Of a stretch of 64,000 nucleotides of DNA, positions 1-9,246 are shown in pieces (within the stretch, counting starts at the first letter, position 1; each line of letters opens with the position of its first letter). Position numbers and translations under genes: made by a program. The notes under the pieces are model-generated. The model saw nothing but the letters and a program-made list of their open reading frames with translations, searched no databases and was not told the DNA's origin. Origin of the DNA: an uncultured Enterobacteriaceae bacterium (GTDB taxonomy: Bacteria > Myxococcota_A > UBA9042); contig CAYURO010000018.1 of NCBI GenBank assembly GCA_964447285.1, positions 20,522 to 84,521 on the forward strand, in the 5' to 3' direction.

Positions 1-1
1 C

Positions 2-649
2 GAGGTCAAGCTGTTCGCGCCGGATTCCACTTCCGGCATGATGGGTTGCGTGACCTACGAGGCAGGGCGCCGTCCCATCGCGTGGCTGGCGGCCTTCGTC
101 ATCGGTCTGGCGCCGCTGGTGGGCGGCGGTCTGGTGCTGTCGGGGCTGGTGTGGACGCTGCTGCACTTCGGTGGCCAGTCGCTGCCTCCCCTGCCGACGG
201 CGTGCGGTGCGGGTCGCGAGTGCCAGGCACTTGATGTGAATTTCTCCACGATCTCAGGATGGTCCGCGCTCGTCACGCCGCTTGGCCTGGCAGCGAAGGG
301 GCTGGGGCAGACGCTGGCGACGGCGGTGGCGGCCGTCTGGAGTCTCGGTCTGTGGCCGCGGGTCGCGCTGGTCGTCGGCAGCTATCTGTCGGCGTGCGTG
401 CTGGTGCACCTGACGCCTTCCAGCGTGGACCTGATGGGCGCATGGAAGGGCGCACTGCTGCTGGCGATTCTGCTCGCGGCGGCGCTGGCGGGCCTGCACT
501 TGGGCGGCGTGGCCTATGCCCCGGTGCTGGCGCAGGCGTTGTCGACCGTGTCTGCCTGGCTGGCCCCGGCACTGCTGGTCGCGGCCGGTCTGCTGGGGGG
601 GCTACGTCTGTTCGTCGCCGTGCTGGGGCGCGTGTTGCCCGGCGGTTGA
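2..649 (+). CDS. Hypothetical polytopic membrane protein. Probably 5'-partial: the reading frame is open back to the window edge, and the first in-window ATG is at 38
   Basis: Several hydrophobic segments (AWLAAFVIGLAPLVGGGLVLSGLVWTLL; LLLAILLAAALAGL; LAPALLVAAGLLGGL). No recognisable motif. The 3' end overlaps queG convergently. Confidence 0.35.
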   Translation, partial: EVKLFAPDSTSGMMGCVTYEAGRRPIAWLAAFVIGLAPLVGGGLVLSGLVWTLLHFGGQSLPPLPTACGAGRECQALDVNFSTISGWSALVTPLGLAAKGLGQTLATAVAAVWSLGLWPRVALVVGSYLSACVLVHLTPSSVDLMGAWKGALLLAILLAAALAGLHLGGVAYAPVLAQALSTVSAWLAPALLVAAGLLGGLRLFVAVLGRVLPGG

Positions 650-1762
650 CGGTGCGAGTCTTCCCTCGCGCACCGCCTGCACGTTGTCGCGCAACCCGTC
701 GATGCCCCTGCGTTTCAGCGGACTCTGCGCGAACCGCTCGGCAAACGCCGTCTCGTCCAGCGCGTGCAGATCCTTCAGCAGCGGCGCGAGGTTGCCGGGC
801 CGCGGGTCGAACTCCGCCTCGCCGCACGGCTTCGAGAACCGGTTCCACGGGCACACGTCCTGACACAGGTCGCAGCCGAACACGTGGTCGCCGACAAGGC
901 TGCGCTCTGGTTCGGGAATCCTTCCTTCGGTCTCGATGGTCGCGTGCGAGATGCACCGGCGCGCATCGACGACATAGGGCGCGACGATGGCCTGGGTCGG
1001 GCAGGCATCCAGACACGCCGTGCAGGTGCCGCAGTGGTCGGCCATCGGGGGGTCGGGATCCAGCGCCACGCTCGAGACCAGGGTCGCCAGAAAGAAGAAC
1101 GAGCCGTGCTGCGGATGCACCACCAGGCTGTGCTTGCCCCGCCAGCCCAAACCCGCGCGCACTGCCCACGCCCGCTCGAGCACCGGACCGTGGTCGACTT
1201 CGAACCGCAGGTCGCGCACGGACTTGAAGGGGCCGATGCGCCCGCCAGGTCCGCGAAAGTCATCGCCCAGCTCGCGCCGCCACTCGGCCGAGATCGCGTC
1301 GACCAGTCGCCGCAGCCGCTTCTCTACCACCAGGTGGTAGTCGGTGCCCCAGGCATAGCGCGAGATCCAGCCACGCTCGCCGCCAGCCAGATCTACTTGC
1401 CGTGTACGGGGTTGCGCGGTGTCGTAGTCCAGCGCCAGCACCACGACCGCCTGCGCGCCCGGAACGTACGCCTGCGGGTCGGTGCGGCGCGCGACGTCCT
1501 CGGCCAGCCAGGCCATGCTGCCGTGCATCCCCTGGTCCAGCCAGCGTTGCAGGTGCAGCCGGTCGTCGGTCAGCGCCGTCGCCAGCGCCACACCCACGCG
1601 CGAAAACCCATGCTGAATGGCGAGTTCCTTGACCCGGGCAGTGCGGCGCGCGCTCGTCTGCTCTGGCGTCTCGTGCAACCAGGACATCGCAGCCTGGCGT
1701 GCAAGTCGGCGCCGGGCGGACTTGGATCGCACGACGAGGTCTTCGGTGTCAGGTGTTGTCAC
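602..1762 (-). CDS. queG: tRNA epoxyqueuosine reductase QueG (4Fe-4S, cobalamin-dependent)
   Basis: 386 aa with two ferredoxin-type Cys clusters (CGTCTACLDACP and CDLCQDVCPWN) and a HEAT-like C-terminal region. Length and motif layout are typical of QueG. Confidence 0.8.
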   Translation of the reverse strand: MTTPDTEDLVVRSKSARRRLARQAAMSWLHETPEQTSARRTARVKELAIQHGFSRVGVALATALTDDRLHLQRWLDQGMHGSMAWLAEDVARRTDPQAYVPGAQAVVVLALDYDTAQPRTRQVDLAGGERGWISRYAWGTDYHLVVEKRLRRLVDAISAEWRRELGDDFRGPGGRIGPFKSVRDLRFEVDHGPVLERAWAVRAGLGWRGKHSLVVHPQHGSFFFLATLVSSVALDPDPPMADHCGTCTACLDACPTQAIVAPYVVDARRCISHATIETEGRIPEPERSLVGDHVFGCDLCQDVCPWNRFSKPCGEAEFDPRPGNLAPLLKDLHALDETAFAERFAQSPLKRRGIDGLRDNVQAVREGRLAPSTAGQHAPQHGDEQT

Positions 1763-1831
1763 TTGTCAAATACCGCGCTTTCGGTGCGCGCGCAGAAAGA
1801 TGTCAAGTGTCAAGTCCTGACACCCCTAGTC

Positions 1832-3409
1832 CTAGTGCCCATACCGCGCGACGAATTCTTCGTAGGTCCCCTGGAAGTCGAGGATCTCGCCGTCGCGGAT
1901 GCGCCAGATGCGGGTGCACGCCTCAGCCAGCACGCTTCGGTCATGGGTCGCAACCAACAGCGTTCCGGTGTAGTTGGCCAGCCCCTCGGCCAGCGCGCTG
2001 CACGACTCGAGATCCAGGTGGTTGGTGGGCTCGTCGAGGATCAGCAGGTTGTGCTGCAGCAGCATCAGCTTGCACATCAGCATCCGCACGCGCTCGCCGC
2101 CGGACAGCGTGGCGGTCGGCTTCACACCCTCTTCGCCGCGGAACAGCATGCGCCCCAGAAGGCTGCGGATCTCTTCCAGTTCTGCGCGTGGCTTGTGGCC
2201 GTGCAGCCAGCGGTCGGTCGTCAGGCCGGGCTCGATGGTGCCCTCGTGCTCCTGGGGCAGATAGCCGCAGTTGACCTCGTGTCCCTCGACGATCTTGCCG
2301 GAATTCGGGGTGACCTCGCGTTGCAGCAGCCGCAGCAGCGTTGTCTTGCCCATGCCGTCACGGCCGATCACGCCGATGCGGTCGCCGCGCAGGATGTGGC
2401 CGGTAAACGGCTTCCACAACGGCCCGTCTTCAAAGCCCTTTTCGACCTCCTGCAGTTCGAGCACGTGCCGACCGGACTCGCGGCCGACGTCGAAGCGGAT
2501 GTACGGGCGGGCGATGTTCGAGCGCTTGATGTCCGACGGCTGCAGCTTCTCGACCTGCTTGCGGCGGCTCTGCACCTGTGTGGCGCGCGTGCCGGCCGAG
2601 AACTTGGCGATGAACTCCTGCAAGTCCTTGATCTTCTTATCGCGCTGGGCGTTCTCCTGCTCCTTGCGGTTCTGCATGGCGGCCTTCATCCGCACCATGT
2701 CGTCGTAGTTGCCGGGGTACTGGATGATGGTCTCGAAGTCGATGTCGGCGATGTGCGTGCAGACGTCGTTCAGGAACTGGCGGTCGTGCGAGATGACGAT
2801 CAGGATCCCGTTGTAGCGACAGAGGAATTCCTCCAGCCACTCGATGGTCTCCAGGTCCAGGTTGTTGGTCGGCTCGTCCAGCAGCATGCAGTCCGGCGTC
2901 CCGAACAGCGACTGCGCCAGCAGCACGCGCACTTTCTGCGCCCCCGACAGCGACGCCATCGACGCGTTGTGCGACGCGTCCGGCACACCCAGACCGCCCA
3001 GCAGCTCTTCGGCCTCGGCCTCTGCCGCATAGCCGTTCTCTTCGGCGATCACGCCCTCCAGCTCGGCCAGCCGCATCCCGGCGTCGTCGCTCTCGTCGCC
3101 TGACTCGAAGATGGCGTTGCGCTCCTGCATGGCTTCCCACAGCGGCGCGTTGCCCATCATCACGGTGTCCATGACCGTGTGGTCGTCGAAAGCGTTCTGA
3201 TCCTGCTGCAAGAATGCGGTCTTGCGCGGGCGCGACACGTAGCCGGTGTCGGGCTCCAGGTCGCCGATCAGGATCTTCATGAAGGTCGACTTGCCGCTGC
3301 CGTTGGGTCCCGTCAGGCCATAGCGGTTGCCGGGCGCAAACGACGTCGACACTTGGTAGAAGAGCTTGCGACCACCATAGATCTTGGTGACTTCACCGAC
3401 TGTCAGCAT
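1832..3409 (-). CDS. ABC-F family ATPase (YbiT/Uup-like translation factor type) with two tandem ABC cassettes and no transmembrane domain
   Basis: 525 aa. First cassette has Walker A GPNGSGKST and signature LSGGQK. Second cassette has GRDGMGKTTL and signature LSGGERVR plus a Walker B ILILDEPTNHLD. There is a linker between the cassettes. Confidence 0.85.
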   Translation of the reverse strand: MLTVGEVTKIYGGRKLFYQVSTSFAPGNRYGLTGPNGSGKSTFMKILIGDLEPDTGYVSRPRKTAFLQQDQNAFDDHTVMDTVMMGNAPLWEAMQERNAIFESGDESDDAGMRLAELEGVIAEENGYAAEAEAEELLGGLGVPDASHNASMASLSGAQKVRVLLAQSLFGTPDCMLLDEPTNNLDLETIEWLEEFLCRYNGILIVISHDRQFLNDVCTHIADIDFETIIQYPGNYDDMVRMKAAMQNRKEQENAQRDKKIKDLQEFIAKFSAGTRATQVQSRRKQVEKLQPSDIKRSNIARPYIRFDVGRESGRHVLELQEVEKGFEDGPLWKPFTGHILRGDRIGVIGRDGMGKTTLLRLLQREVTPNSGKIVEGHEVNCGYLPQEHEGTIEPGLTTDRWLHGHKPRAELEEIRSLLGRMLFRGEEGVKPTATLSGGERVRMLMCKLMLLQHNLLILDEPTNHLDLESCSALAEGLANYTGTLLVATHDRSVLAEACTRIWRIRDGEILDFQGTYEEFVARYGH

Positions 3410-3488
3410 GGGGAATCTCCTGGGGGGCCGTCGCGCCGGAGAGGGGCGTCCGGGCGGGCGGGGCGCGCGACATAGTGCAGAACGGGCG

Positions 3489-4052
3489 TCATGGCAAGGG
3501 GTTTTGCAGTCTGGCGACCGCCCGCATCACCGACGCGTCGGACTCCAACGACCGCACCCGGTCCAGCGCCACCCACTGCGCGGCCTTGGCATCCGACCCA
3601 GCCTGCACCTCGCGCGTCGGCGAACGGAACAGAAAGCGCACGTCGAAGTGCCGGTGCTCGGGGTCCACCTTGCGCGCCGGGATCACGTGCACGTCCAGGT
3701 CGAAGGGGCCGTCGCCCACGCGGTCCAGCTCGGCAAGTCCCACTTCCTCCAGCACTTCTCGCCGTGCCGCTGCCTCCAGGTCCGCGTCGTCGGGGTCCAC
3801 GTGCCCGCCGGGCTGCAGCCACCGCGCCAGCTTGCCGTGCAGGATCAGCAGGATCTCGCCGCCGTCCGGGGCCAGCACAAACGCGCTCGCCGTGAAGTGG
3901 CCAGGCAGGAAATGGTCGCGCTCACAGGGAGTTTCCGACGTCTGCAGCAGGTCCAGCATCGCTTGGCGGTGGCTGGCCTCTGTCGCATCGGTGGGGAGAA
4001 AGGCTTGGATCTGCTGGCGAAGTTGGGGCAGGCGCGGGTCGGGGGCTGGCAT
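3489..4052 (-). CDS. NUDIX hydrolase
   Basis: Nudix box GHVDPDDADLEAAARREVLEEVGL (GX5EX7REUXEEXGU). Start chosen at the internal Met (MPAPDPRLPQ) to avoid overlapping the divergent recX; the ORF extends to 4208. Confidence 0.75.
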   Translation of the reverse strand: MPAPDPRLPQLRQQIQAFLPTDATEASHRQAMLDLLQTSETPCERDHFLPGHFTASAFVLAPDGGEILLILHGKLARWLQPGGHVDPDDADLEAAARREVLEEVGLAELDRVGDGPFDLDVHVIPARKVDPEHRHFDVRFLFRSPTREVQAGSDAKAAQWVALDRVRSLESDASVMRAVARLQNPLP

Positions 4053-4152
4053 CGGCACTCCTCGGTCGGGCAGGGCGTGGCCCCGTGGCAGCTTGGCGTG
4101 TAGCGAGAACGCGCGGTTGTCGCAAGCACCGCGGTGTGGCACCTTGCGCGAC

Positions 4153-4692
4153 ATGCAAAAGCTGCCTCCCGTCGCTGATCTGGCCCACCTGGAACACACC
4201 GCGCGCACCTACGTCGAGCGTTTCTGGGGGCCGTCGTCCAACCTGCGGCGGGTGCTGCTGCGCCACGTCACCAAGTCGGTTCACGCGCACGGCAGCGACC
4301 CGGAACAGAGTCGCGAGCTGGTCGAGCAGGTCATCGCCCGCTTTGTCGAGGCCGGTGCCGTGGACGACCGCAAGTTCGCCGAAGGGACCGCGCGCATCCG
4401 TCGCGAGAGGGGAGGCTCGCGGCGCGCGATTGAAATGGTCTTGCGTCAGAAGGGGTTGCCAGAGGCCGACATTGCGCACGCGCTGCATGAGGCTGCCGAA
4501 GAAGGCCACACGGACCTGACGGCCGCGCACGCCCTTGCCCGGCGCCGTCGGCTGGGACCGTACCGACCGCCGGAGGAGCGGGCCGAGCGAAGGCAGAAGG
4601 ACCTGATGGCACTCGCAAGGGCGGGATTCGACTTCGGAACCGCCATGAAAGTCATTGGGGGTTCGCGGGCAGACGAAGACTTTGAGGGTTGA
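4153..4692 (+). CDS. recX: RecA regulator RecX
   Basis: 179 aa with three-helix repeat architecture. Segments such as RRVLLRHVTKS, ELVEQVIARFVEAGAVDDRKFAEG and EMVLRQKGLPEADIAHAL are typical of the RecX family. The upstream part of the 3475..4692 ORF is antisense to the NUDIX gene. Confidence 0.75.
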   Translation: MQKLPPVADLAHLEHTARTYVERFWGPSSNLRRVLLRHVTKSVHAHGSDPEQSRELVEQVIARFVEAGAVDDRKFAEGTARIRRERGGSRRAIEMVLRQKGLPEADIAHALHEAAEEGHTDLTAAHALARRRRLGPYRPPEERAERRQKDLMALARAGFDFGTAMKVIGGSRADEDFEG

Positions 4693-4733
4693 CGTCTTCG
4701 GCCCTGCGGATTGGAAACACCCCAAAAACAACT

Positions 4734-4766
4734 TGGCGGCCGGGCAGGGAAGCCGCGGCCGCCAAA
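4734..4766 (+). terminator. Candidate intrinsic terminator downstream of recX
   Basis: Inverted repeat GGCGGCCG..(loop)..CGGCCGCC followed by AAAGTT. The T-tract is weak. Confidence 0.3.
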
Positions 4767-5282
4767 GTTCAGAGCGAAGAGGAGGAAAGGGGATGCGCTC
4801 TATGAATTCACAGTCCGAAGACTACCGGGGGCCCACTCCCTAACGATGAGCCTTAGGTAACGCGAATCACGAGGACGCACCCAGGGGGACGCCGTCCAGC
4901 CGAGGCTGGAAGCAGGGTGTGCGGATGAGGTGGAAGGAGTTCATGGAAGCCATAGGGATTGAGTTACGCTCTTGACGAACAAGAGAAGCAAGACGTGTGC
5001 CAGTCCTTGCGCAACTTCGTAAACCGCCGAAATGCCGAATGAAAATGAGAGACAACCGGCCAATTCGTGGACGTGAGAGGCTGTGGACCCGGTAAGCAAT
5101 TCCCGGCGTGTCTCAAATTGCGAATATGCGCGGCGAGTCGGGCCCCGACGGTGTTGCAAATTGGTACACACGGTCGCGTGACACGACTCTTGCCAAGCGA
5201 CGCGGGTGGCGACACGCTGCCATCGAATGTCCGGCGGCCCCGGGCGTTTGCCCCAAGTGGAGCCGCGATGGGAGGACTGACG

Positions 5283-6407
5283 ATGCGATCGACCCCTTGG
5301 ACAACCTGTGTCGCCCTGTGCGCCTTGGTCACCGGACTTGGCGGGTGCCTCTCGAACACGTACGAGGTGCCGCGCGACGAGCTGCAGCGCCTGATCAGCC
5401 TGCCGGGAGATCAGCGCGGCGGCAACGTGCGCGCCGTCCAACGCTTCGGAACTGCGGATGATCCGCCTGCCGCGCCGCCGTGGTCGGGCCAGGGAGCTCC
5501 CTACGGTATGCAGCAGGGCGTGGCTCCCGGCGTGTACATGGGGCCCTACTTCTATCCCTACGGTGCTCCCTACCACCATCCCGTCGTTGTGGATTACGGT
5601 TACAATACGCCAGGTTCCTCTTCGTACGAGCCGACCGGCGCCCCTTCCGTCCCCGGTTCAGGTCAGGCCCAGGCGGCTGCCGGACGCGGGGACGCCAAGG
5701 AGGCGATTGCTGCCGTCGTCGCCGTCGCCGTCGTCGTGGGCGTCTCGCTGGCGGTGACCGAGGGCGCGCGCTATGACGGGGCGGTGGCGGTGCATCCCAA
5801 GCATCCCGTGCACTTGATGGGGCCGGGCTATCAGCACGAGGTCGTGGCTTTGGACGAGCTGGGGCCGCAGCACCTGCGCGACGACTGGGACGCGGTCATC
5901 GCGGGCGGCGAAGGGGCCGGGCTGTGGCGTCGCGGTCGGCGGCCGCTGGACCGCGAGGGGATGACGTACCAGATGGGCTTCGGGTCCTCGGCAGCGTCTC
6001 TGTCCGACGCAACTGAGGTGGGCGGTGGCATGGGAGAGCTGCAGATCGGCTACTTCCCCAATCAGTACACAGGCTTGATGATGAATGGTGCGTATTCCTC
6101 GGGCATCGCGCACGGCGGCGACTTCGTGTCGTGGCGCGTCGGCTTTGAGGGCAAGTGGTACCCGATCGAGATCCTGCGCTTGCACCTGGGTGGCTATGGC
6201 GGGTTCGGTCAGGAGTGGCTCAGGGCCGGCTCCGGACTGCCAGAGACCGACACCTCGCGCCCGTACGTGGGGTACGGCGGTCTGCTGGAGTTCGACCTGA
6301 CGACGCGGCTGTCGCTGACGCTGAAGGTGGGCGCGCAGTGGCTGCCGACGCTGCACCTGCAGGACCGCACGACGCCCACGCTGGCATTCGGCCTCGCAGT
6401 CTACTGA
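5283..6407 (+). CDS. Hypothetical lipoprotein or outer-membrane protein with a Tyr/Pro/Gly-rich N-terminal region and a beta-strand-like C-terminus
   Basis: GGAGG Shine-Dalgarno six nt upstream of the ATG. Lipobox LVTGLGGC. C-terminal alternating-hydrophobicity Gly-rich strands ending in an aromatic residue (GLAVY). Confidence 0.5.
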   Translation: MRSTPWTTCVALCALVTGLGGCLSNTYEVPRDELQRLISLPGDQRGGNVRAVQRFGTADDPPAAPPWSGQGAPYGMQQGVAPGVYMGPYFYPYGAPYHHPVVVDYGYNTPGSSSYEPTGAPSVPGSGQAQAAAGRGDAKEAIAAVVAVAVVVGVSLAVTEGARYDGAVAVHPKHPVHLMGPGYQHEVVALDELGPQHLRDDWDAVIAGGEGAGLWRRGRRPLDREGMTYQMGFGSSAASLSDATEVGGGMGELQIGYFPNQYTGLMMNGAYSSGIAHGGDFVSWRVGFEGKWYPIEILRLHLGGYGGFGQEWLRAGSGLPETDTSRPYVGYGGLLEFDLTTRLSLTLKVGAQWLPTLHLQDRTTPTLAFGLAVY

Positions 6408-6428
6408 TCCGGCTGGCAATTCAACCGA

Positions 6429-8306
6429 TCAGCGGCGCATCCCAGGGCGCCCGTTCGAGCCCGGGCGCAGGCCGCCGGGGCGCGCAGCGGGAACCACGGG
6501 GCGCGGCTTGGGCTTGACGACCTTGGGCTTCGGCTTGGGCTTGGCAACCTCAGGCGCAACCTCAGGCTTGGGCGTAGGGGCCGCCACCTCGGGCTCGGGC
6601 GCAGGCTGCGGCTCTGGGGCTGGGGCGGCCTCGACGGGGGGCTCTGGCGGCGGTGGCGGCACGGCGGGTTGCGCGTCGCCCAGCGAGCCCAGGATGCCGC
6701 CTGCGATGCCGGCGGAAGGCGCGTCGGGCAGCGTCCCTTCCGGAATTTGCACAGGTGGCGTCTCAGGTTGGGCAACCGGAGCAGGCTCGGGCGTCACGGC
6801 CGGGGCAGCCGCTGCGGCACCCAAAGGCGCGGTGGGAGCGGCGGGGTCCCACGACCCGGCGGTCGGGGCACCGGTTGCCTCGGTCGGGGTCGCGGGCGCC
6901 TCTGCGGTGGCCGGTGCGGTCGCTTCAACCGCTGCGGAATCGGCGGCGGCTGGCGAGTCTTTCGGTCCGAACACGCCCTGCGAGTAGAGCGTGTACGTCA
7001 CGACCCCGCCGAGGACGACAAAGGCCAGACCCATCACCAGGCCGACCGTCAGCGAGCTGGGCGGCGGGGTAGCGGGGGCAACCCGAGGCCGCGCAGGGCC
7101 TTGCGCGACAACGGACGTCGGCGGCGTTGCTGCCGGACGAGGCGGGGCGGCAGGTGGAGCGGCCGGCGCTGGACGGGCGACGGGAGCAGCACGCGGCGCA
7201 GGTGGCGCGCTCAGCGGCGAGGCGGCGGCGGACCGGGATGCGGGAGGCGGCGGCATGTAGGGCGGGGGAGCGGGCGCGGCGGCCGGGGCGCTGGCGGGGA
7301 CGAACGGTGGTGGCGCGGTCATTGCGGCGGCGGGCACTGCGGTCGGTTGCACAGCGGGGCTCGTCCCCAGAGATTCGAGGGCCTGTCGCATCGCGGTCGC
7401 GTCCGAGAAGCGGTCAGCGGGGCGCTTGGCCAGCGCGATCTCGACGATCTGGGCAAACTCGGAAGTCACGCCCAGATTCGGAAGGTTGCGCAGGTCAGGA
7501 GGCGCTTCGCCCACCTGTTTCATCATCATCGAGTAGGTGGAGTCTGCCTGGAACGGCAGCTCGGCCGCCACGCAGCCGTACAGGACGATGCCCAGCGCGT
7601 ACAGGTCGCTGCGGCCGTCGATAGGCTGCCCCATGACCTGTTCGGGGCTCATGTACGAAGGCGTCCCCAGCGACGTGCCGGTGCGGGTCAGCGAGCTGTC
7701 GGCCGTCTTGGCAATGCCGAAGTCCAGCACCTTGACGACGGTTTCCGCGCCGTCGATCTCGTGCAGGAAGATGTTGGCGGGCTTCAGGTCCCGGTGCACC
7801 AGACCCACGCGGTGCGCTTCGCCCAAGCTGCGCAGCACCGGGACAGCGATCTCCACGGTCTCTTCTTGAGACATGCGCTTGCCGTCGCGCTTGTAGCGGG
7901 CCAGCCGGTCGGCCAGCGTGTCGCCGCGCAGGCACTCCATCGCAAGGAAGAAGACGCCCTCGTCCGACTGGCCAAAGTCGAACACCCGAATCGTATTGGG
8001 GTGTTGCAGGCCTGCCGTCAGCCGCGCTTCCTTGTAGAAACGCTGGGCGGCCCCGGGGTCGGCATCCGAGTCCAGCAGCAGCGTCTTGATCGCGACCGTC
8101 TGCCCGGTACCGGTGTGCTGTGCCGAGTACACGGTCCCCATGCCGCCGCGGCCGAGCACGTTGCCGATGCGGTAGCGCCCTGCGAAAACGGAGTTGGGTG
8201 TCAGGGCGGCGTTGGAGGGGTGGACGCCCTCGACGATCGTGGCCATGCCGTCATCGGGGCAGTGGGCAAGGTCGGTCTTCTGGCCGCATTGCAGACAGGT
8301 GCGCAT
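6429..8306 (-). CDS. Eukaryotic-like Ser/Thr protein kinase with an N-terminal C4 zinc ribbon, a single transmembrane segment and an Ala/Pro-rich C-terminal ectodomain
   Basis: MRTCLQCGQ...HCPDDG zinc ribbon. Hanks motifs GRGGMGTVY, VAIK, HRDLKPANIF, DFGIA and SPE. Transmembrane segment LTVGLVMGLAFVVLGGVV. About 230 aa of A/P low-complexity sequence follow. Start set at the internal Met because the upstream part of the ORF overlaps the divergent gene at 8554. Confidence 0.85.
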   Translation of the reverse strand: MRTCLQCGQKTDLAHCPDDGMATIVEGVHPSNAALTPNSVFAGRYRIGNVLGRGGMGTVYSAQHTGTGQTVAIKTLLLDSDADPGAAQRFYKEARLTAGLQHPNTIRVFDFGQSDEGVFFLAMECLRGDTLADRLARYKRDGKRMSQEETVEIAVPVLRSLGEAHRVGLVHRDLKPANIFLHEIDGAETVVKVLDFGIAKTADSSLTRTGTSLGTPSYMSPEQVMGQPIDGRSDLYALGIVLYGCVAAELPFQADSTYSMMMKQVGEAPPDLRNLPNLGVTSEFAQIVEIALAKRPADRFSDATAMRQALESLGTSPAVQPTAVPAAAMTAPPPFVPASAPAAAPAPPPYMPPPPASRSAAASPLSAPPAPRAAPVARPAPAAPPAAPPRPAATPPTSVVAQGPARPRVAPATPPPSSLTVGLVMGLAFVVLGGVVTYTLYSQGVFGPKDSPAAADSAAVEATAPATAEAPATPTEATGAPTAGSWDPAAPTAPLGAAAAAPAVTPEPAPVAQPETPPVQIPEGTLPDAPSAGIAGGILGSLGDAQPAVPPPPPEPPVEAAPAPEPQPAPEPEVAAPTPKPEVAPEVAKPKPKPKVVKPKPRPVVPAARPGGLRPGSNGRPGMRR

Positions 8307-8553
8307 CGAGAGCTCCGGGCCGGTGAGTTCAGGTTCGGGGGCGGAAGGTTGGACTTCGCGCCGACTTGGCAGTTGGCGGAGTGTATCACGGTCAACCTCA
8401 GGACCGGAACGGGTCTCGTCGCGTGGGTTCCGGTGCGCTGACACCCCAGACGGCAAGTGTGCGCGAGGCGAACCCACTGTGCAGCCAGCGCATTGGCCCC
8501 TATACTGCTGCGCCATTCGGCCCGGCCGCACCGACGGCCAAGGAGATTTCCCG

Positions 8554-9246
8554 ATGCTGCGCCCCCTTTCCATGTCCACCGTCGTTGCCGTCCTTGCCCT
8601 GACCGCGCTTGCCTGCAACAAGGCCCCGCCCGCCGAACCGCAAGCCGCCGTCGCGCCCGCCCAGGTCGTCGAAACGCCGCCTGCCGCCGTTCCCGCTGCC
8701 GCCACGACGACGACTGAGGAGCCCAAGGCCGAAGGCGCCGCCTGCCCCCACGCCGGCACGTCCGCCTGCGTCCACGGTGAGCCCACTGCAGACACGTCGA
8801 TCCCCGCTGCCGCTGGCCCCGCGCTGACGATGCCCGGCACCACGTACGGCGCTGGCGTCACGGTCGCTGAGGTCACGCCGGTCTCGAAGGTCATCGCGGA
8901 GTCGGACACCTTCGTCGGCAAGCGCGTGCGTATCGAGGGCATGGTCACCGACGTCTGCGCGGCCAAGGGCTGCTGGATCCGCGTGGCAAGCGACAAGGAA
9001 TTCGAGAACATCCAGATCAAGGTCGACGACGGCGTGATCGTGTTCCCCGTCTCGGTCAAGGGCCAGTACGTGGTGGCGGAAGGCATCGTGCGCAAGATCC
9101 CGCTGACGCTGGAGCAGACCCAGAAGGTGGCGGCGCGCGAGGCGGAGGAGTCTGGCAACACCGCCTTCGACCCCAAGACCGTCACCGAGGCCAAGACGAT
9201 CGTGCGCCTGCAGGGTCTGGGCGCCGTCATTCGCGAGAAGAAGTAG
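8554..9246 (+). CDS. Small secreted lipoprotein, DUF4920-like
   Basis: AAGGAG Shine-Dalgarno. Signal peptide and lipobox LALTALAC. Conserved core VGKRVRIEGMVTDVCAAKGCWIRV. Ala/Pro/Thr-rich linker after the signal peptide. Confidence 0.55.
   Translation: MLRPLSMSTVVAVLALTALACNKAPPAEPQAAVAPAQVVETPPAAVPAAATTTTEEPKAEGAACPHAGTSACVHGEPTADTSIPAAAGPALTMPGTTYGAGVTVAEVTPVSKVIAESDTFVGKRVRIEGMVTDVCAAKGCWIRVASDKEFENIQIKVDDGVIVFPVSVKGQYVVAEGIVRKIPLTLEQTQKVAAREAEESGNTAFDPKTVTEAKTIVRLQGLGAVIREKK

Noticed and set aside
764-3103. 779-aa plus-strand ORF
   Set aside because: It runs fully antisense to the motif-validated queG and ABC-F genes. It is Arg/Ala/Gly/Val-rich with no motif, which is typical of a stop-codon-poor antisense frame in about 70% GC DNA.
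4123-4140. TGGCAC-containing sequence resembling a sigma-54 -24 element just upstream of recX
   Set aside because: Spacing to the GC dinucleotide is wrong for the -24/-12 consensus, and it sits only about 15 nt from the start codon.
3475-4152. N-terminal 226 aa of the 3475..4692 ORF, upstream of the RecX Met
   Set aside because: This part is antisense to the NUDIX gene (Nudix box present on the minus strand) and is Ser/Arg-rich low complexity. RecX homology begins only at the internal Met at 4153.
6440-6470. tRNA-like T-arm motif GCGCCCG-TTCGAGC-CCGGGCGC
   Set aside because: It lies inside the kinase coding region, and no acceptor, D or anticodon arms can be built around it. Most likely a chance GC-rich palindrome.
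6669-8441. 590-aa plus-strand ORF, plus overlapping ORFs 6508..6987 and 6653..7072
   Set aside because: They are antisense to the Ser/Thr kinase, whose Hanks motifs are unambiguous. Gly/Arg-rich sequence with no domains.
8307-9230. N-terminal 308 aa of the 6429..9230 kinase ORF
   Set aside because: It overlaps the divergent lipoprotein gene at 8554, which has a strong Shine-Dalgarno and signal peptide. Kinase homology (zinc ribbon then glycine loop) starts at the internal Met at 8306.
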